Source of the DNA: Kudoa neothunni
Lineage: Eukaryota > Animalia > Cnidaria
Length of the DNA: 64,000 nucleotides
NCBI GenBank assembly: GCA_964304625.1
Contig: OZ199840.1
Location: 4,949,200-5,013,199, forward strand
Direction: 5' to 3'
Below are positions 26,698-40,768 of this stretch, one piece after another. Under the pieces are notes generated by a model. The model had not been told where the DNA came from. It searched no databases and saw nothing but the letters and a program-made list of their open reading frames with translations. Position numbers and translations under genes: made by a program. How positions within the stretch are numbered: position 1 is the stretch's first letter; every line of letters begins with the position of its first letter.

Positions 26698-28259
26698 TTA
26701 ATCATGGTTAGGATGCTCTTATAAAAGCTATACATTATCTTTTTAATAATGATCCAAATACGAGAACAATGTTAGTAGCAAAAATAACTACAGCCGGCCA
26801 CCGATTTTACACACGATCGGTTTTGCACACTTTTTGGGGAATTTTGTTGATCAAGGTGTCATTATTCCCATAAAATCAGAAATATATCCATAAGAAAAAT
26901 TAAAAAAATAATAGCATAATTATAAAAATATTAAATTACTAGCCGTAATATCCGGCCACGCTCAGGGTGTTGGAGTATCTACTTCAGGAAAAAAATTGAA
27001 ATAAAAATATTTTCAATTATATTTTTTAATATAATAAACGTTTCAATATTTTAATAGCATAAACATCTGCTGAAAATTTACTGCACGAAATAAACAGTCA
27101 GAAGAAACAGAAAACACCTAATATAAATAAACTAAAAAAACTATAATACAAACGAATGAATCTCATCATCATTATTTAATGCATTCGTGGTTTTAAGAAA
27201 CGAAGAAAAGCAAATAAAAATCGACATTACGTGAGACATTACAACGGAACACAACTATACAGACAACGCAACGCAACGCATAAAGGGATATAGAATCCGA
27301 AATTGAATTTTCAATTGAATTCTTTTATAGGCCCGTTCAGTTGAATCATACCTATAACAATGTGGTAGATTAAATTTCTAACATGAAATCTTATAAACGC
27401 TTAGCAAAGAAATGTCGTCACATGCAAAATATTGAAAATGCAGACAAAAAATTCAAAATACTTCCACAAGAATATCCAAATATATAACAACAATACAAAG
27501 CCACATTTAAGACTAACGCATTCATTTAATCAGGATTTGTGGTTACTTTAAGATTTGGGGTCAAATTGGTCTTGGAATTGGATCGTAGTAGTAGCTTTAA
27601 GACGATGGCGAACCGACATTTTACAAAATGTATTTCTTGAAAGATTTGCATATGCAAGCATAGAATTGATCAGAAACACGTTTTCAGAACAGGTTCGTAT
27701 TATTCTAACACCCAAGATATGTTTAACAGTCAAAATAGCTATACTTTCAATTTTAAGCATGTTTTAGAAATATATCCAACTTCTGATCTTATTACAATGA
27801 TAGATACTGACGGCATTCTTAAGAAGAAAATAGAAGTTGATATAACACTCCAACTCACGATTAATGGTCCCCCATAAAGTTAGATCAGCAGCATGAAATA
27901 TTAGATTTTTTGGTGAAATTAACACAACACACTTCAAACAGTAAACGAGGCACATAACCTACTGCAACATCCAAAAATAAACGTCGGGGATGAAGATTGT
28001 TATTAGTTTCGCACTCCAAAAATTGACAAACAAAAGTGTTTCCATTCTTATCTCTAATGATAATAGAATAATGTTCCACATAATATTGTAGATATATTCC
28101 CAAAAATAGAATCAGAAGCATTGTTACATATAAATAAATTTGAATGAAATTTATATAAACACTGAATTTAAATAAGCGAATAAGATCCATAAATCTAAGA
28201 AAATGTTATCATAGTCAGTCACTGTAATACCTCCCTATTGTAAACTATATTTTTGGTCG

Positions 28260-29821
28260 GACCATTTGGAGGAAACCCGTATAAATTGTGGTTGGAACCT
28301 ACCCTGGACCTACTAATTATTGTTTGAACATGTGAAAAATATTTCTGACTGTTTTACGGTATTTTTTACACAGGATATCTGCAATGAAGTTATAAAAAAT
28401 ACAAATATTTTTGGAAAATAATGTTTCAAAGAAAACTGGAAGGACTTGGATTATGTTGAATTTCTAGGGTATTTGGAAACACTCATCTTAATGACTATTC
28501 ACAAAGAAAGAGGTGAGCTTTTATCTGAGCTCTTCAGCTTGAGTGAAGACAGGGAAATCTACCGGAAACTTTTCTCTCATCAGTGATTCCAACATATATC
28601 AAGGTGCCTCCATTTCGATGATCTTAGGTACCATAGAATCAAGGATTGACGATAAGTTTGGTTTGATTCGTGAAATTGAGACAACCTGGGCTAACATTTT
28701 GTCATTTTGTTTTGTTCCTAATGAGGATATCCCAGCGGATGAACAACTAGTTGCATTTAAAGGGGGAGTTTTATTTCGGCAATATATGCCCTTAAAACCA
28801 GCAAAGTACGGATTAAAGTTTTTCGTTTTAGCTGATCCTAAAGATAAGTATATCCTGAATGTTCTACCCTATCTTGGAAAGAACGCAAATGGACTAACTC
28901 GAAACTCAAGTGTTGTGCTAGAGCTAATTACCCCTCTTTTTAATTCAGGTAGGAATATTGTTGCGGACAATTTTTTCTTCAGTTGACTTGGCATCCAAAC
29001 TACTCGAAAAAAACTAGCCTATCTAGGTACCATGTGCCACAATAAAATAGATATTCCTCCATGTGTTCTGCCGTCGAAAAAAAGAACATTGTACAGCTCG
29101 ACATTTATGATTTAAAAAAATGCCTACCTCCTATGTGAATAAAAATGGAAAATCTGTGATTCTCTTATCCACAGGATCTACCAGTGATGCTATATCGGAT
29201 GAATCTTTAAGAACAAACCAGAGATTATACCATGTTACAATAAGACAAAAGGTGACGTTGATACAATAGACAGGATGCTATCCTCACATTCAGTTAGAAG
29301 ATTATGCAGGAGTTGGCCAATGGTGTTATTTTTTAACATGATAGATCTATCATTGATTAATGCTTTTGCGATATACAAAAACGTGTTCGACGCTTAAGAC
29401 TTGCAAAGGAGAAAATTCTTAAAGTATCTTTCAGAAGCATTACACACCACGCTTTTGGAGAGGAACTTAAACGTTAAGAAAATTGTAAAAAGGCCTCATC
29501 TAATAGTGAATGAAAGTTTAGCAACTACATCTGAGAATACTATCAGATTGAAATGTGAATTTTATCCTCGGCAGCATGATAAAAAACCTCATTGAAATAT
29601 GCAAGTTGCAACAGTTTTTACTGCCGCCTTCATCCATCTAAAAAATGTTTAAACTCTTATACATATAGGATCATAGTTGATAATTTCAATATTTTTTATT
29701 TGCTTAAATGCGAATTTTTGTATTTAGTCTAATTTTCTCACTCGAAATGCTTTAAAAAAATCTGGGGTCTTTTTTACTCCAAAGATCGTTCGAGGTAGTT
29801 TTTTTGATGATTGTTAGGGGG
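28260..29821 (+). mobile_element. piggyBac transposase pseudogene with right TIR
   Basis: PADEQLVAFKG..FRQYMPLKPAKYGLKFFVLAD, GRNIVADNFF and YNKTKGDVDTIDRM (DDD triad regions), CRD relic; ends TTAGGGGG|TTAA at 29822-29825. Left boundary approximate. Confidence 0.9.
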
Positions 29822-30316
29822 TTAATAAATCATGACGATACAGTCAATATTAATGAGTTCCTTGGCGAATTCCAATAGACACAGGAAACAAAAGATTTAC
29901 GGGCCAATTTTATAGATTCGTTACAAACGTTTGTTATCAAAACGATTTAGTTTAATTTTTTGTAAATATTTTAGCGAATTGATATACGCCGAGTAAATGT
30001 GCCAACAATAAAACCCAGACTATCAAGGTTATTAGCGGTTAGTCATGGTCATCGCTCTCCTCTTTAATGTACGTTCATTAATGTTACACATATTTTGTAA
30101 ATAATATTTTTTTTATTTGGGGATTAGTAGGTTTATATCAGATTTCAGTATTTAATAGATTAGTAGTCGTTTTATTAAACAATTCCAATAAATGCTAAGA
30201 TTAAGTTACACAATAGCAAGCTAAGCTAAGCGGACGTGGATAATAATCACACATGCGTAGTAGCAAATAAAAAAATATTTTTTGGATTAACACTAAGATT
30301 AGTTTTACAAAAGAGA

Positions 30317-32615
30317 TTAGTCTTTAATCCGGTTGAACAACATCTTTGGTGGAATCTACATAATAATAAATCAAATAAAGCTATAGAAGTATTCAATTCA
30401 GTTACTTTCTTAAAAATCGTCAAATTAAGTAGCTGCTCAATTGACGTTCTAGAATCACCAAATCAACAAGAAATCCTAAACAAAACCAAAACAATACCTC
30501 TTGGTAGGATCGCTTAACATCATACTTGAAACCACCTAAAATAAAAAATATTAAAATTAAAAAATTATTAAAAATATTAAAATTAAAAAATTATTAAAAA
30601 TATTAAAATTAAAAAATATAAAAATATTAAAATTATTAAAAAAATATTAAAAATATTAATATTAGAAATATAATAGGCGAGTTATTCACCTTATATAATT
30701 TGTATTTAAAAGATTTGGGTTTGCGTGAATATTTATAAAAAATTTTCGCATATCCGTAGTCAATATTATCTTCGTTTGGTTGAAATGGGTTTGAGCATTC
30801 GCGAACATCATCATCATCATCGTCCGAATACAATTGGTCGTATAATCGTTGGAAAAATAGAACCGCGTTCTTTTTCGAAAAATATTTGTTAGTAAATATA
30901 CAGATGGCTTTGGCTGCGAGTGAATTTTCTTTGCAGATTTTTGCTTTAAACGCCTAGATTAGTATATTTTATTAAATGAAATAAAAAAATCGCAAATTTG
31001 ACCCTTACTTTTAAAGGGTGAATATTAGAATAAGGCGCAACACCAAATATTAGCTCCAAAAACGTGACACCAACACTATAGATATCCGACTCGAATGAAT
31101 ATCCATGAATATTCTAATATTAATAATGGATAATTAAAATATATTCGGTAATCAACGTGAAATGTTAATTAAATCATCAACCTGCCTAAGAATTTCTGGG
31201 GCTGCCCATGGCATGGAATGGTGAATATTATCTGGAACTGAAAACACAGTATTCGAATGAAATCCACTGTAGGTCGGTTTTATTGGATCACGGTAATCTA
31301 AAAAATCCTCAATATTGCTGTGGCCATCGAATTAATCCGGATTAAATGTCGCGTTAATTGACCATATTTGATTATTAGGACTCTCTATTATTCTCTTATA
31401 ATTCTCTTGGTTATATTTTGGTTAGTTTTGATGTGAGTGTGTTAAAAACTAATACTAACAAAATAATATATTTTATAAAATTTTAAGGGCTGTACAATTG
31501 ATAAGATGGCGACTGATTAATCAATTTCACACAGATCCTATAAGCGCTAGCAAACTAATCCGGATTAAAATTACACCAAGTAAATATTGGCCACGAAAGT
31601 GTTACCATCGCATGTGCAATATAGCGAATTGAAATCGCTGAGAACAACACGACCATCATCAGACAATAAAATGTGTCGACCTCTAATAGATCTAAATTAA
31701 ACAGGTGTGATTGGCGCGATCCTCCACATCCAACTTCCTACCTATGAATAATGTTGTACCGATGAAGATATTTGAGGGCCTCCAGCACACACTTGATAAT
31801 GTAGACTGAGGTGGAGTAATCCATTCCAGTCTTGTAGACATATTTTAAGGCGGATTCACAAGTTCCCAACGAATAAAATGGAGTGAACACAAGAAGCATA
31901 GATTTTAATGTGATTATTTCATGGATTTTTAAAATATGCTCATGGTTGAGGGTACGAATTAGAATCAATTCTCTCTAATAAACAAGCCATCAATATAAAA
32001 CCCCGCCATTAATCACACCAAATATTACTATTAAATTTTCCAGTTGTTCCATGTATATGGCATCACAATCGTACCTCCAACAAATGTATTTTCTACCAGT
32101 GGTCACAAGTTTGTCTTTTGACATTACAGACGCAGAAGATGAATGTTTCCCGCTGAAAAATGTCGATCGACCAACGATCGAATCTCTCAAACTATCTTTT
32201 TCAGTCATTGTGATTTGTTTCGGTCGCAAAGTGAACCCACTTTGTGGAGATTGAGATCTCATTTGATTATTGCACTGATTATTGCACTGATTATTGTTTG
32301 TGTTGTTGCCACTGGTTGGTGTTGATTGTGGTGGATCATCGTTATCAGCCATCATCAAGGTTGTTTGGTTATCTCGAATTATATCCTCCAATATATCAAA
32401 TGGAATCGGATCGTAGAACGATACCACACTCACACTTTTATGATTCTCAAATGTACCTATTAGATTTGTTGTTAAGTCAATCGGTCACTATTCTAGCATC
32501 TCAAATGACCATTTATATAGTTGATCATGTTGCTTTCGGAGCCGATGTGTGATGGTTGGATGATATTCACCTCGGCTGTAGCTATAGTGTCAACGATGAA
32601 ATCATTATTAGCCAT
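30317..32615 (-). CDS. STRAD: STE20-related adaptor (STRAD/STLK)-like pseudokinase
   Basis: Spliced frame gives HEHILKI, FTPFYSLGTC, ALKYLHRYNIIHRSIRGRHILLSDDG (HRS instead of HRD), SDFNS instead of DFG, [39 protein letters not shown]; GT-AG introns frame-consistent. Start and end exons inferred. Confidence 0.8.
30543..30663. repeat. Pure A/T 26-nt minisatellite in a STRAD intron
   Basis: Unit AAAAATATTAAAATTAAAAAATTATT, two perfect copies then decaying copies. Confidence 0.85.
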
Positions 32616-33574
32616 CAATCTTTTAGATTGAACCAACCAAATTTATTTCGATTCTGCGCACCAATTAGTTAAATTTTAGTTTTCATTCTAAGTTGGATTA
32701 AATGAAGAATTATTTGGAATTTTTTAATAGTTATTGCACCTTTGATTATTCTAATAGTAACAGGGGGAAATTTTGGTTGAAGTATGTTTTATGTCTGCTA
32801 ACTGATTTGACTAAAAAATTGTTTACATCGAGATGTTTCTATCACTTTGAATATATTGAAGTGATATTTTAAATAATGAAGAAGTTTAAAATTTCATGTG
32901 GATCTATTTGTTAACTTAATAATTTGCATCTAATTAATCCTTCTTCAGATTACGCCTGCGGAATGTACAACTGCTACATTATTAATAACAATTTGGAGTG
33001 TATATAAAAATTACATAACTTATTGTTTCTATACCATAGAGAGATTAGGTTTGAAGCTATTAGGTTGTGAGATAATAAATAAAAATATTAAATGTAACTT
33101 CAATGGTTGATTTAAAGTTTATAAAAATGGAAGAATATTGGAGGTAATGTAATTAATCCTATTAAAACTATTGTTAATATTTCGTCCTCTACTTCAACAT
33201 TGGTGGGGCTTATTCGCATGGAAAAATCTAATCCATAACGACATGTACATGTACATGTACACGTACGCATACGCATACTCAATGACGACGCTTAATCACA
33301 ATAACTCGTTGTCACTAGGTGTGTACAGATTAAATTCTAGTGAATCTGCTACATAATTTACAATGGAAATAGTTATTTGCTTCAACGTAACAAATTAATT
33401 AGCACTGAAAACCAACTGAAAGATGTACACTGTAAAATACCCTCGTACAAAATAGTATTTTATGAGTTATATAATTCTTTGGTAATCGTGTAATAAGTTG
33501 AATATTTCAAAGTATTTATTTCGAATGTCGAAATCATCTTTACACGAATATTTTAGTTTTGAATTCAATATTAA

Positions 33575-34733
33575 CCCTCTAAGGTCAGCAAAAATGACCT
33601 CCCTCCATTGACTTTTGGTTTTGGGGCCCAAAAGACCCCAGTTTTTTATTGGATGAATTAACTTAATAAATATAGATATATCAGTTTATTCAGTTTAAAC
33701 AATTTCTGTTGGCTAAACTTGAAGGAAACAACCGAACATTTGTGTTATTAATCCGTTTTAATCTCCTCGGTACTATAGCGGGCTGGATCGCAAGTAATCG
33801 CTATATAAAACCGCTGCTGAATAATCTTCAATTTTTGAGAAATAAATAATTCAAGTGAATCGACTAATTGATTAAGATTTGTTGGTAAATATATTCAAGT
33901 TAATATTCTTAACTATTGTCCGAGAGCATATTGTTACTCTGTACAAATAATACCACGCGACCGTCTGTGCCTGCACAAAACATGAGTGAAACTGATTAGT
34001 GTCTTATCGAATTTCAATCTTTAGAAAGTGGATTTGAAGGGAATCATCTGAAACGTCCACTGAATTATTGGAATATGGAAATACTGAAGAGCCAATAATC
34101 AGTAAAATTGGCATTATTCTGTGGATTTTTAGTGAACCGATAACATCCAAGATCGGTGAAGAAAATACCATGAAAACCTGTCTGGCGCTATTTCCTATTG
34201 TGCTCAGCATGGTAAAAGCATGTTACATTGCTTTTCACCTTTTCCACAAACATAATTTGTGATTTGTGATTTGTGAATAGATAATATAATATGCATATTT
34301 TTTGGAGATTTCAATTCAAAAAGGAATGAATTTAATTATTAACTGTACTCAAATAGATTATATCCACTTTATATGATTCAATAAATTTATTTTTTAAGTG
34401 TACCTTATTTTAATTAAAGGTCACGCGCGAATAATGAAATCCTTACAACAAATATGCATTGATTTATTAATTTTATTACATATTTCTAAATCTTTATGTG
34501 ACTAAATACAATAATACTCGGATAGTTACATTTTTATTTATTTTAAAGCATACTGACCAAAAGACCTTAGAGGATAATTTTCCTTATTCACTCCGTCTAA
34601 GATTTTAAAAGAATGGACAATATTGAAAGTTAGGAGATTCGATAGAACTCTACGAATTTCTGATTATTACATACACAATACTGGGTAAATTAATTATGGT
34701 TTGGGTCAAAACAACCCCAAAATCCTTAGTGGG
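33575..34733. mobile_element. Non-autonomous piggyBac-type element
   Basis: TTAA|CCCTCTAAGG ... CCTTAGTGGG|TTAA; subterminal GGGGCCCCAAAAGACCCC and GGGTCAAAACAACCCC motifs. Confidence 0.75.
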
Positions 34734-36647
34734 TTAACTTATTTGAGGTTTGTGTGCCGGTTTTGTCGCGAAAAAATTCGAATAACTTTTTTGAACAGAA
34801 TTAGTTTTTAAAATATATTACCTTTAGAAATATTTGTTGTCTAATTAATGTTGTAAATTGTTTTTAACATTCGTAAATCCTACAATTTATGAAAGGGGAA
34901 TTACTTGAGTTTTAAATTGAAAATTCCTTTTGTTAATTCTCATATTTATAGGTCATTTTATTTTACGCACAAATAACAATAAATCGTAATTCTAAACTTT
35001 CGAGATACATTAAAGACAATTTTATTACATCGTCACATTTGAAGTATTAGCTCACATAATGTGCTTCTAATCATGATTTAATGATGTATTTGCATTAAGA
35101 TTGTTGGTTTCTATGTACTAGACTTAAAATCCTACCGTGAAAATAATAATAATAATAATAATACAATTAATCTATTTTTAAACTATCCACATATTTATCT
35201 GAGTTTTTATTATAATTAAAGAGTGTTTTAGACAAATTAATTTGAAATAATGGAATATTAGATCAATAATGTATTAAATATGCCATCTTTGTTGTAATTT
35301 GTAATATCAACAAACAATTGAAAAAATAATTACAATTGTTAAAAAAATATTTTTCACAATTAAAATAAATTTACAATAGTGTTAATTTATTTAAATTTTA
35401 ATTCATATAACAACTCAATGAATGTGTAATACTCTATGATTCCAAGTAGAATTAAACACACAGAGATATGATGTAAATGGTAATAAATTAAAAATTAATA
35501 AACATTTGCTACTTCGGATGCTTAAGAATAATAAACCGATTTTTTAGGTGTTAATCTAATGTGTTAAATTTCCAGCTTCTCATTTACTTAGCATAAATGT
35601 AATTTATATTTTATTTTAAACTTATAAAACAATTCTGGGGCCACATGGAAATAACTACTCATTAAATGTCCGATTTGAGTCGAAAATCGGACTCACTCCC
35701 TTGTATGTACGATAAGTTGTGGCTCACTCAAAATTTTCCTCCGTAATTCACTTGACGTGTAATATAGAACTTGCGCCAAGAATTACATAAGGATAATTTT
35801 GTTATATCGTTCCAGCGTAATTTTAATATTTTAAAATTACTCGATAAAGGAATATTATTTTTTATTGTTTTTCCACTTGCTGTATAAATAATTCTACAAA
35901 ATTTTGAATTTAATTCAAATAAAAACTGATTAAATTAAGAAAAATAACGATGTATTTATTAATTTTTTACGATTTATATATTTAAAAACCGATAATTCAC
36001 TTAAAAAATTTCTCAAAAATTATTTCCAACTGTGATCCAATCTCACTCTCACATCTTCCAATTGGGACGCGCTAAACTGAATTATGAGGGTATGAGTGAT
36101 TATATAGAGTTAACAAATTTATATTGATAGTTCACTGAGTTAAATAATACAAATATTTAGCGAATAACAGAATAATTTCGATTAAATTAATTTTTTTATA
36201 AATTTTTTAAAATTACGGAGACATTTGGGACAACCGATCGAAGTCGGTAATTTTCCTAAGCTACTTAAGATTAACTCTATAGTAATATTAATCCCTCTTT
36301 ATATATTTATTATACTTTAGGTTATTTTGGTTTAATTAAAAAATGTATTTTCAAATTAATTTATTTAAATGAATAATATTTCTTACGAATAACACCTTCA
36401 TTGTAAATAATTACCATTCCTTTGTTTTAGATTAATTTAGAATTTTTTGAATAAACAAAATTATAAAATATCGAATTTGTAATTACATCTAAAATTCGAA
36501 ATGACAACATAAGATAAGATAAAAGATAGAATTTTCGTTGACTTAGCGGAATTTTCAATTTGTGACCCATTGAGTATAGATGAGTATCTTATATGATGAC
36601 ATCCGAATTGCATAATCCAACATACGAAAATCGGTTTGTAGTTGTTA

Positions 36648-39302
36648 ATGACAGGGTTGTCGGATAATGACAACAGTGGTTTGAGAAATAATGCCGCCAG
36701 TTTGTCATATTTTCACAGTATAAACAATCCAATTAGTTGACATTGTTTGATTCGCGTTGTTAGTTGGTGATAACCGATCTGCACCAAACACTCAAAATGT
36801 TGACCTTACGTCCAATGATTATTGTGGAAATAGTCATTCATCACAAACAGCGATTGACAATCATCACAGCTCAATGTGTGATAATGAAGAAGCAGAAATA
36901 CGAATGAAATTGAGATGGTTTTTTACCGACCCCTTTGAGAAATATCGAAAAAGAAAACTCCATCCATGGAAATTATTTTTTCAAATTTTTAAAATGATCC
37001 TTATCACCACACAAATACTTTATTTTTCAATGAGCCAAACCAAGTTAATAACATCTCGTGAAAGTTTGTACAAATTATCCTACGAAACTTTTGTCTCGAA
37101 TGATGGCATCTCGAAGCAGCTTTATTTTTACACAGCAGACGATTTGAAAGATCACATCACTTATGTTTATCAACAGGTGAGTAAAAAAATATATTTATTA
37201 ATCGATTAAATAATAAAAATGAATTATAATTTATCTGATATAAATTGTAGTATTCGGACGTGGATAAATATTTGTTTTCTCCATTTATGTTTCCGAGAAA
37301 GGAGAATTTTTCGGTGTGTATAAGATTGAAGGAATCAAGTAAAAAATTTAATTAATTTTTTTCTTCAATAAATACGACTAAAATTAGATCAATCATTTAA
37401 GCCCAAAATACCCAATTTAGCTAGTATAACTTTTTATCCGTGAAAAAATATTAAATGGTCAAAAAATAGATTGCCAACAAATATCCAATAAAGACTCATT
37501 GAATAGTTATTTGAATGAGACACTGGTGAGTCCCTTATTACGCAAGTAAATAATTCACCTAAATAATCTCAGAATTTTGATTTTGCTTAGATTGCGTGGC
37601 ATAGAGGTGCGTTTCCTTCTTTTGACTGAAGTATTTGGAGAGAAACTCAAGATCCCCAAAAAATACTGTTACGTAACGAACGTGAAAGTATGTGTTCGAC
37701 TATGGAGGATTAAAAACTGATCCCTCAAACAAAATCTCCTAGGTTGCTTACGAAAACACCTTTAATAATGGAGAATTGAGACTTTTGTTTGATTCAACTC
37801 ATTCCAAATACAACTGCGGATTTTCTTCTCCTCATAAAAGTTTTCATCTGATTTTTAACACAAAATCTGTTACGACTTTTACTAGACGTAATACCCACAG
37901 TCCTCTCTACGCTGCTCAATATCGCTATTGTAATATTATCAATGGTATCATTGGTCGCCTGTATTAAATCATTTCTATCTCATTTCAATTTGATGAAAGT
38001 ATATTTTGAAAAAAAGGAGTCATTTTGAGTGTTATTGTTTTCATCCCTATTGAAAATGAAATATAATTTTCTATTTTTAGAAAGTCACTCATTATTTCCA
38101 ACATGTGAAACACATTGAACTAAACTTATCCGAGAAACTAATATTTATCAACAGCTGGATTGTATTTATTGTGGTTGGTGATATTTTGGCGATATGTGGG
38201 TCCATTTTGAAGATAATAATCGACCACACGGTAATCCAATAGAAAGCACCAATAATATATCAAAAATATTGAATAGGATGTTGATCTCTACCAAGAAACA
38301 ATAATATTGATCGGAATCTCCTGTATAGTGGTATGGATAGGTGCGCTTCGTTATCTCACCTATTTTCATTCGTACAACGTAATCAACATGAATGATTTAC
38401 ATATTAAAAACATATTCTTAAATTAGTAGATTCTAATATTTGAAAAAAGTATTATTTTCATTCAATTATACATTAAAAATGAACCTATTTAATTCATAAA
38501 TATCAAATTAAACAATAATATTTAATTATATATTAAAAATAAATTCTTAAATTAATAAATATCAAATTTAAATGTTAGAAGAAATTAATATTGATTCAAA
38601 AATTACAGATAATCTATTTAATTAATAAATATTAGAAATAACATATTTTATAAATAAATATTCAAATAAAATGTTGGAAAGGAATTAATTTTCAATTTCT
38701 AGGACCTTCTTGTGATTATAAAGCTTTCATTTCCAACTCTATTCCGATTTCTTATATGCGTCTTGTTTCTTTTTATCGGGTTCACTTTTTCCGGCTATAT
38801 TCTACTTGCTCCCTACCACGAAAAAGTAACACTTCCTGTTTGTTCAGCTTTTTCATTGTTTTTCAAAATTCTAGTTCCGCACGTTGTCTCTAGCAACGGA
38901 ATGTCTCTTTTCGTTGATGATTGGTGATGAAATATTTGTCACCTTTCAAAGCACCAAGACACGCAGTAAACTTATCCTATTTGCCAGTCAAATCTATTTG
39001 GCACTATTCAACATTATATTTTTGTATTTGGTGGTTACTATATTCATATCGATAGTTTGTCACTATCACGAATATCACATAGTATGCGTATTTATTATTT
39101 AAGTTAGTGATTAATTGTATAGGAAACAAGAAACTCCAGAGTGATCAGATCATTTATTGACGAGTTCTTGGACCAATGTAACTGTACAAATTGTGAGATT
39201 AGCACTGGTGTTAGGGGATGCTCACAATTTCAATCTCATACCAAACAACACACAAAACGTCTATCCCCCTCACTTACATCCTCATCATTCTCCACCTCTT
39301 AG
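36648..39302 (+). CDS. MCOLN: Mucolipin / TRPML cation channel
   Basis: [96 protein letters not shown] and a hydrophobic S6; many short GT-AG introns, frame-consistent. Confidence 0.92.
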
Positions 39303-39427
39303 ATTTATTAATAAAAAATTATTAGTGCTGAATAATCCACTGACTATAATGTACAAATTAATCAACATTGCGATTTATTAATTTTGCGCACGAAATCACA
39401 TTTTATAAAAACTCTTGGGGCAGTCAA

Positions 39428-40718
39428 CTAAAATCCATAAAAATCATCATCATTTTGCACCCGAAATAATTCAGGCAAGCGAAATTTTTCATGCGAAGAA
39501 TTTTGTGGGTTATTCATTGTTGATGGGGATGATTTCGTGGCAAATATTTCATTGCAAAATGTTTCTAACTCCAGTTTTGGGTTCGCGAATAAATCTCGGT
39601 GAAATTGGCTGGTTTCCATGGGCATACTATAGAAACTGTCGCCCTCAATAATTCTTCCAACAATATCTTCGATACCTAAAAAAGCATTAATCAATCATGA
39701 CAAAACATAATAAATACATACATACATACATACTTTTATGAGTATGTGGATTAGTAGATTGTTCAGCGAGAGAAGCAGACGTAAAATGTGAGTCGGATGC
39801 TGTACCCGCTAAAACAAACTCGTTATTGTTGTCCAAATCCAAAACCAAAGCATTTGTGGGTTTTTCGCGCCGTTCCTCATCTGCTTGATCCAATTCCTGT
39901 TGTTCTTCCAAAAACTCTCTCGCATCCTGAGACAACCATCTGTTTGTAGGCGTAAAATAGTCATTTTGATCATCAATAACTTTGTTGGTTGTGGTTTTGC
40001 TGTATGATAAATCGAGATGAGATTTAATAGCTACACAAAAAATGTACAATTCTCGATCTTGATTAATTAGAATATTTTTGTGGTCGATTGCTTGTTGAAA
40101 AGACTTTTATAAATATTAGTTGGTTTGAATGCTAGATAGTTTACTACTCGTTTATCATCAGCCGAAGTCAAGCGTTGCATAAGAGCCACACTTTTCTGTG
40201 TGTTGGCATTTAGGATTGCTCGCTCTCCAGTAGTGCACACAATCTCCCCACAGGTGAAACAACTACCCGAGCCTTCCTGTGCACACACTATTCTCCCACA
40301 ATTGGAACAGTTGTTTACCAACTGGTGACGTTGCGCCAAACATGTGCATTCCATTCTTACACCCTGTAAATCTAAAGGATGGTTTTTCTGAGGGGGGTCA
40401 TTTACAATTTCAGGGGGTTTTTGATGTGCGCGATTTTTAGTCTTATTTTTTTCTAATAGAGTTTCATCACTAGCCCGCTTAGACTCGTCTAATCGCTCCA
40501 ATCTATCTAAAAGTTTTCTATGATAGTCATTATTCAAATCAAGCAGATTTGATAGTTCTGAATGGGCTCGATGTGTTGGCAATTTTTGAAGGTAACTGCA
40601 TGTTTTAATATACTTATCTGCATGAAAAATTATAATAAAACTTTATATAAGGTTTGCATTGATCAGAACCAATTATAGATGAAAGTTGTTCATACAACAC
40701 TTCCCACAACTGATCCAT
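39428..40718 (-). CDS. TRIP4: Activating signal cointegrator 1 (TRIP4/ASC-1, Rqt4-like) with C2HC5 zinc finger, no ASCH domain
   Basis: CTCLAQRHQLVNNCSNCGRIVCAQEGSGSCFTCG; QQAIDHKNIL..DR; KVIDDQNDYF; RWLS; ends FRVQNDDDFYGF*. Alternative in-frame ATG at 40733. Confidence 0.9.
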
Positions 40719-40768
40719 AATAAGTATATACATGCGCACGCAGACCTAAAAACAGCAGAATTAAAGTC
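40719..40768. promoter_or_regulatory. Putative minimal bidirectional promoter between TRIP4 and GPKOW
   Basis: Head-to-head start codons only 35-50 nt apart; contains CATGCGCACGCAG (NRF1-like). Confidence 0.5.

Noticed and set aside
33240-33278. ACATGT/ACGCAT hexamer run and (ATA)n runs at about 3343, 35141 and 42245
   Set aside because: Ordinary microsatellites.
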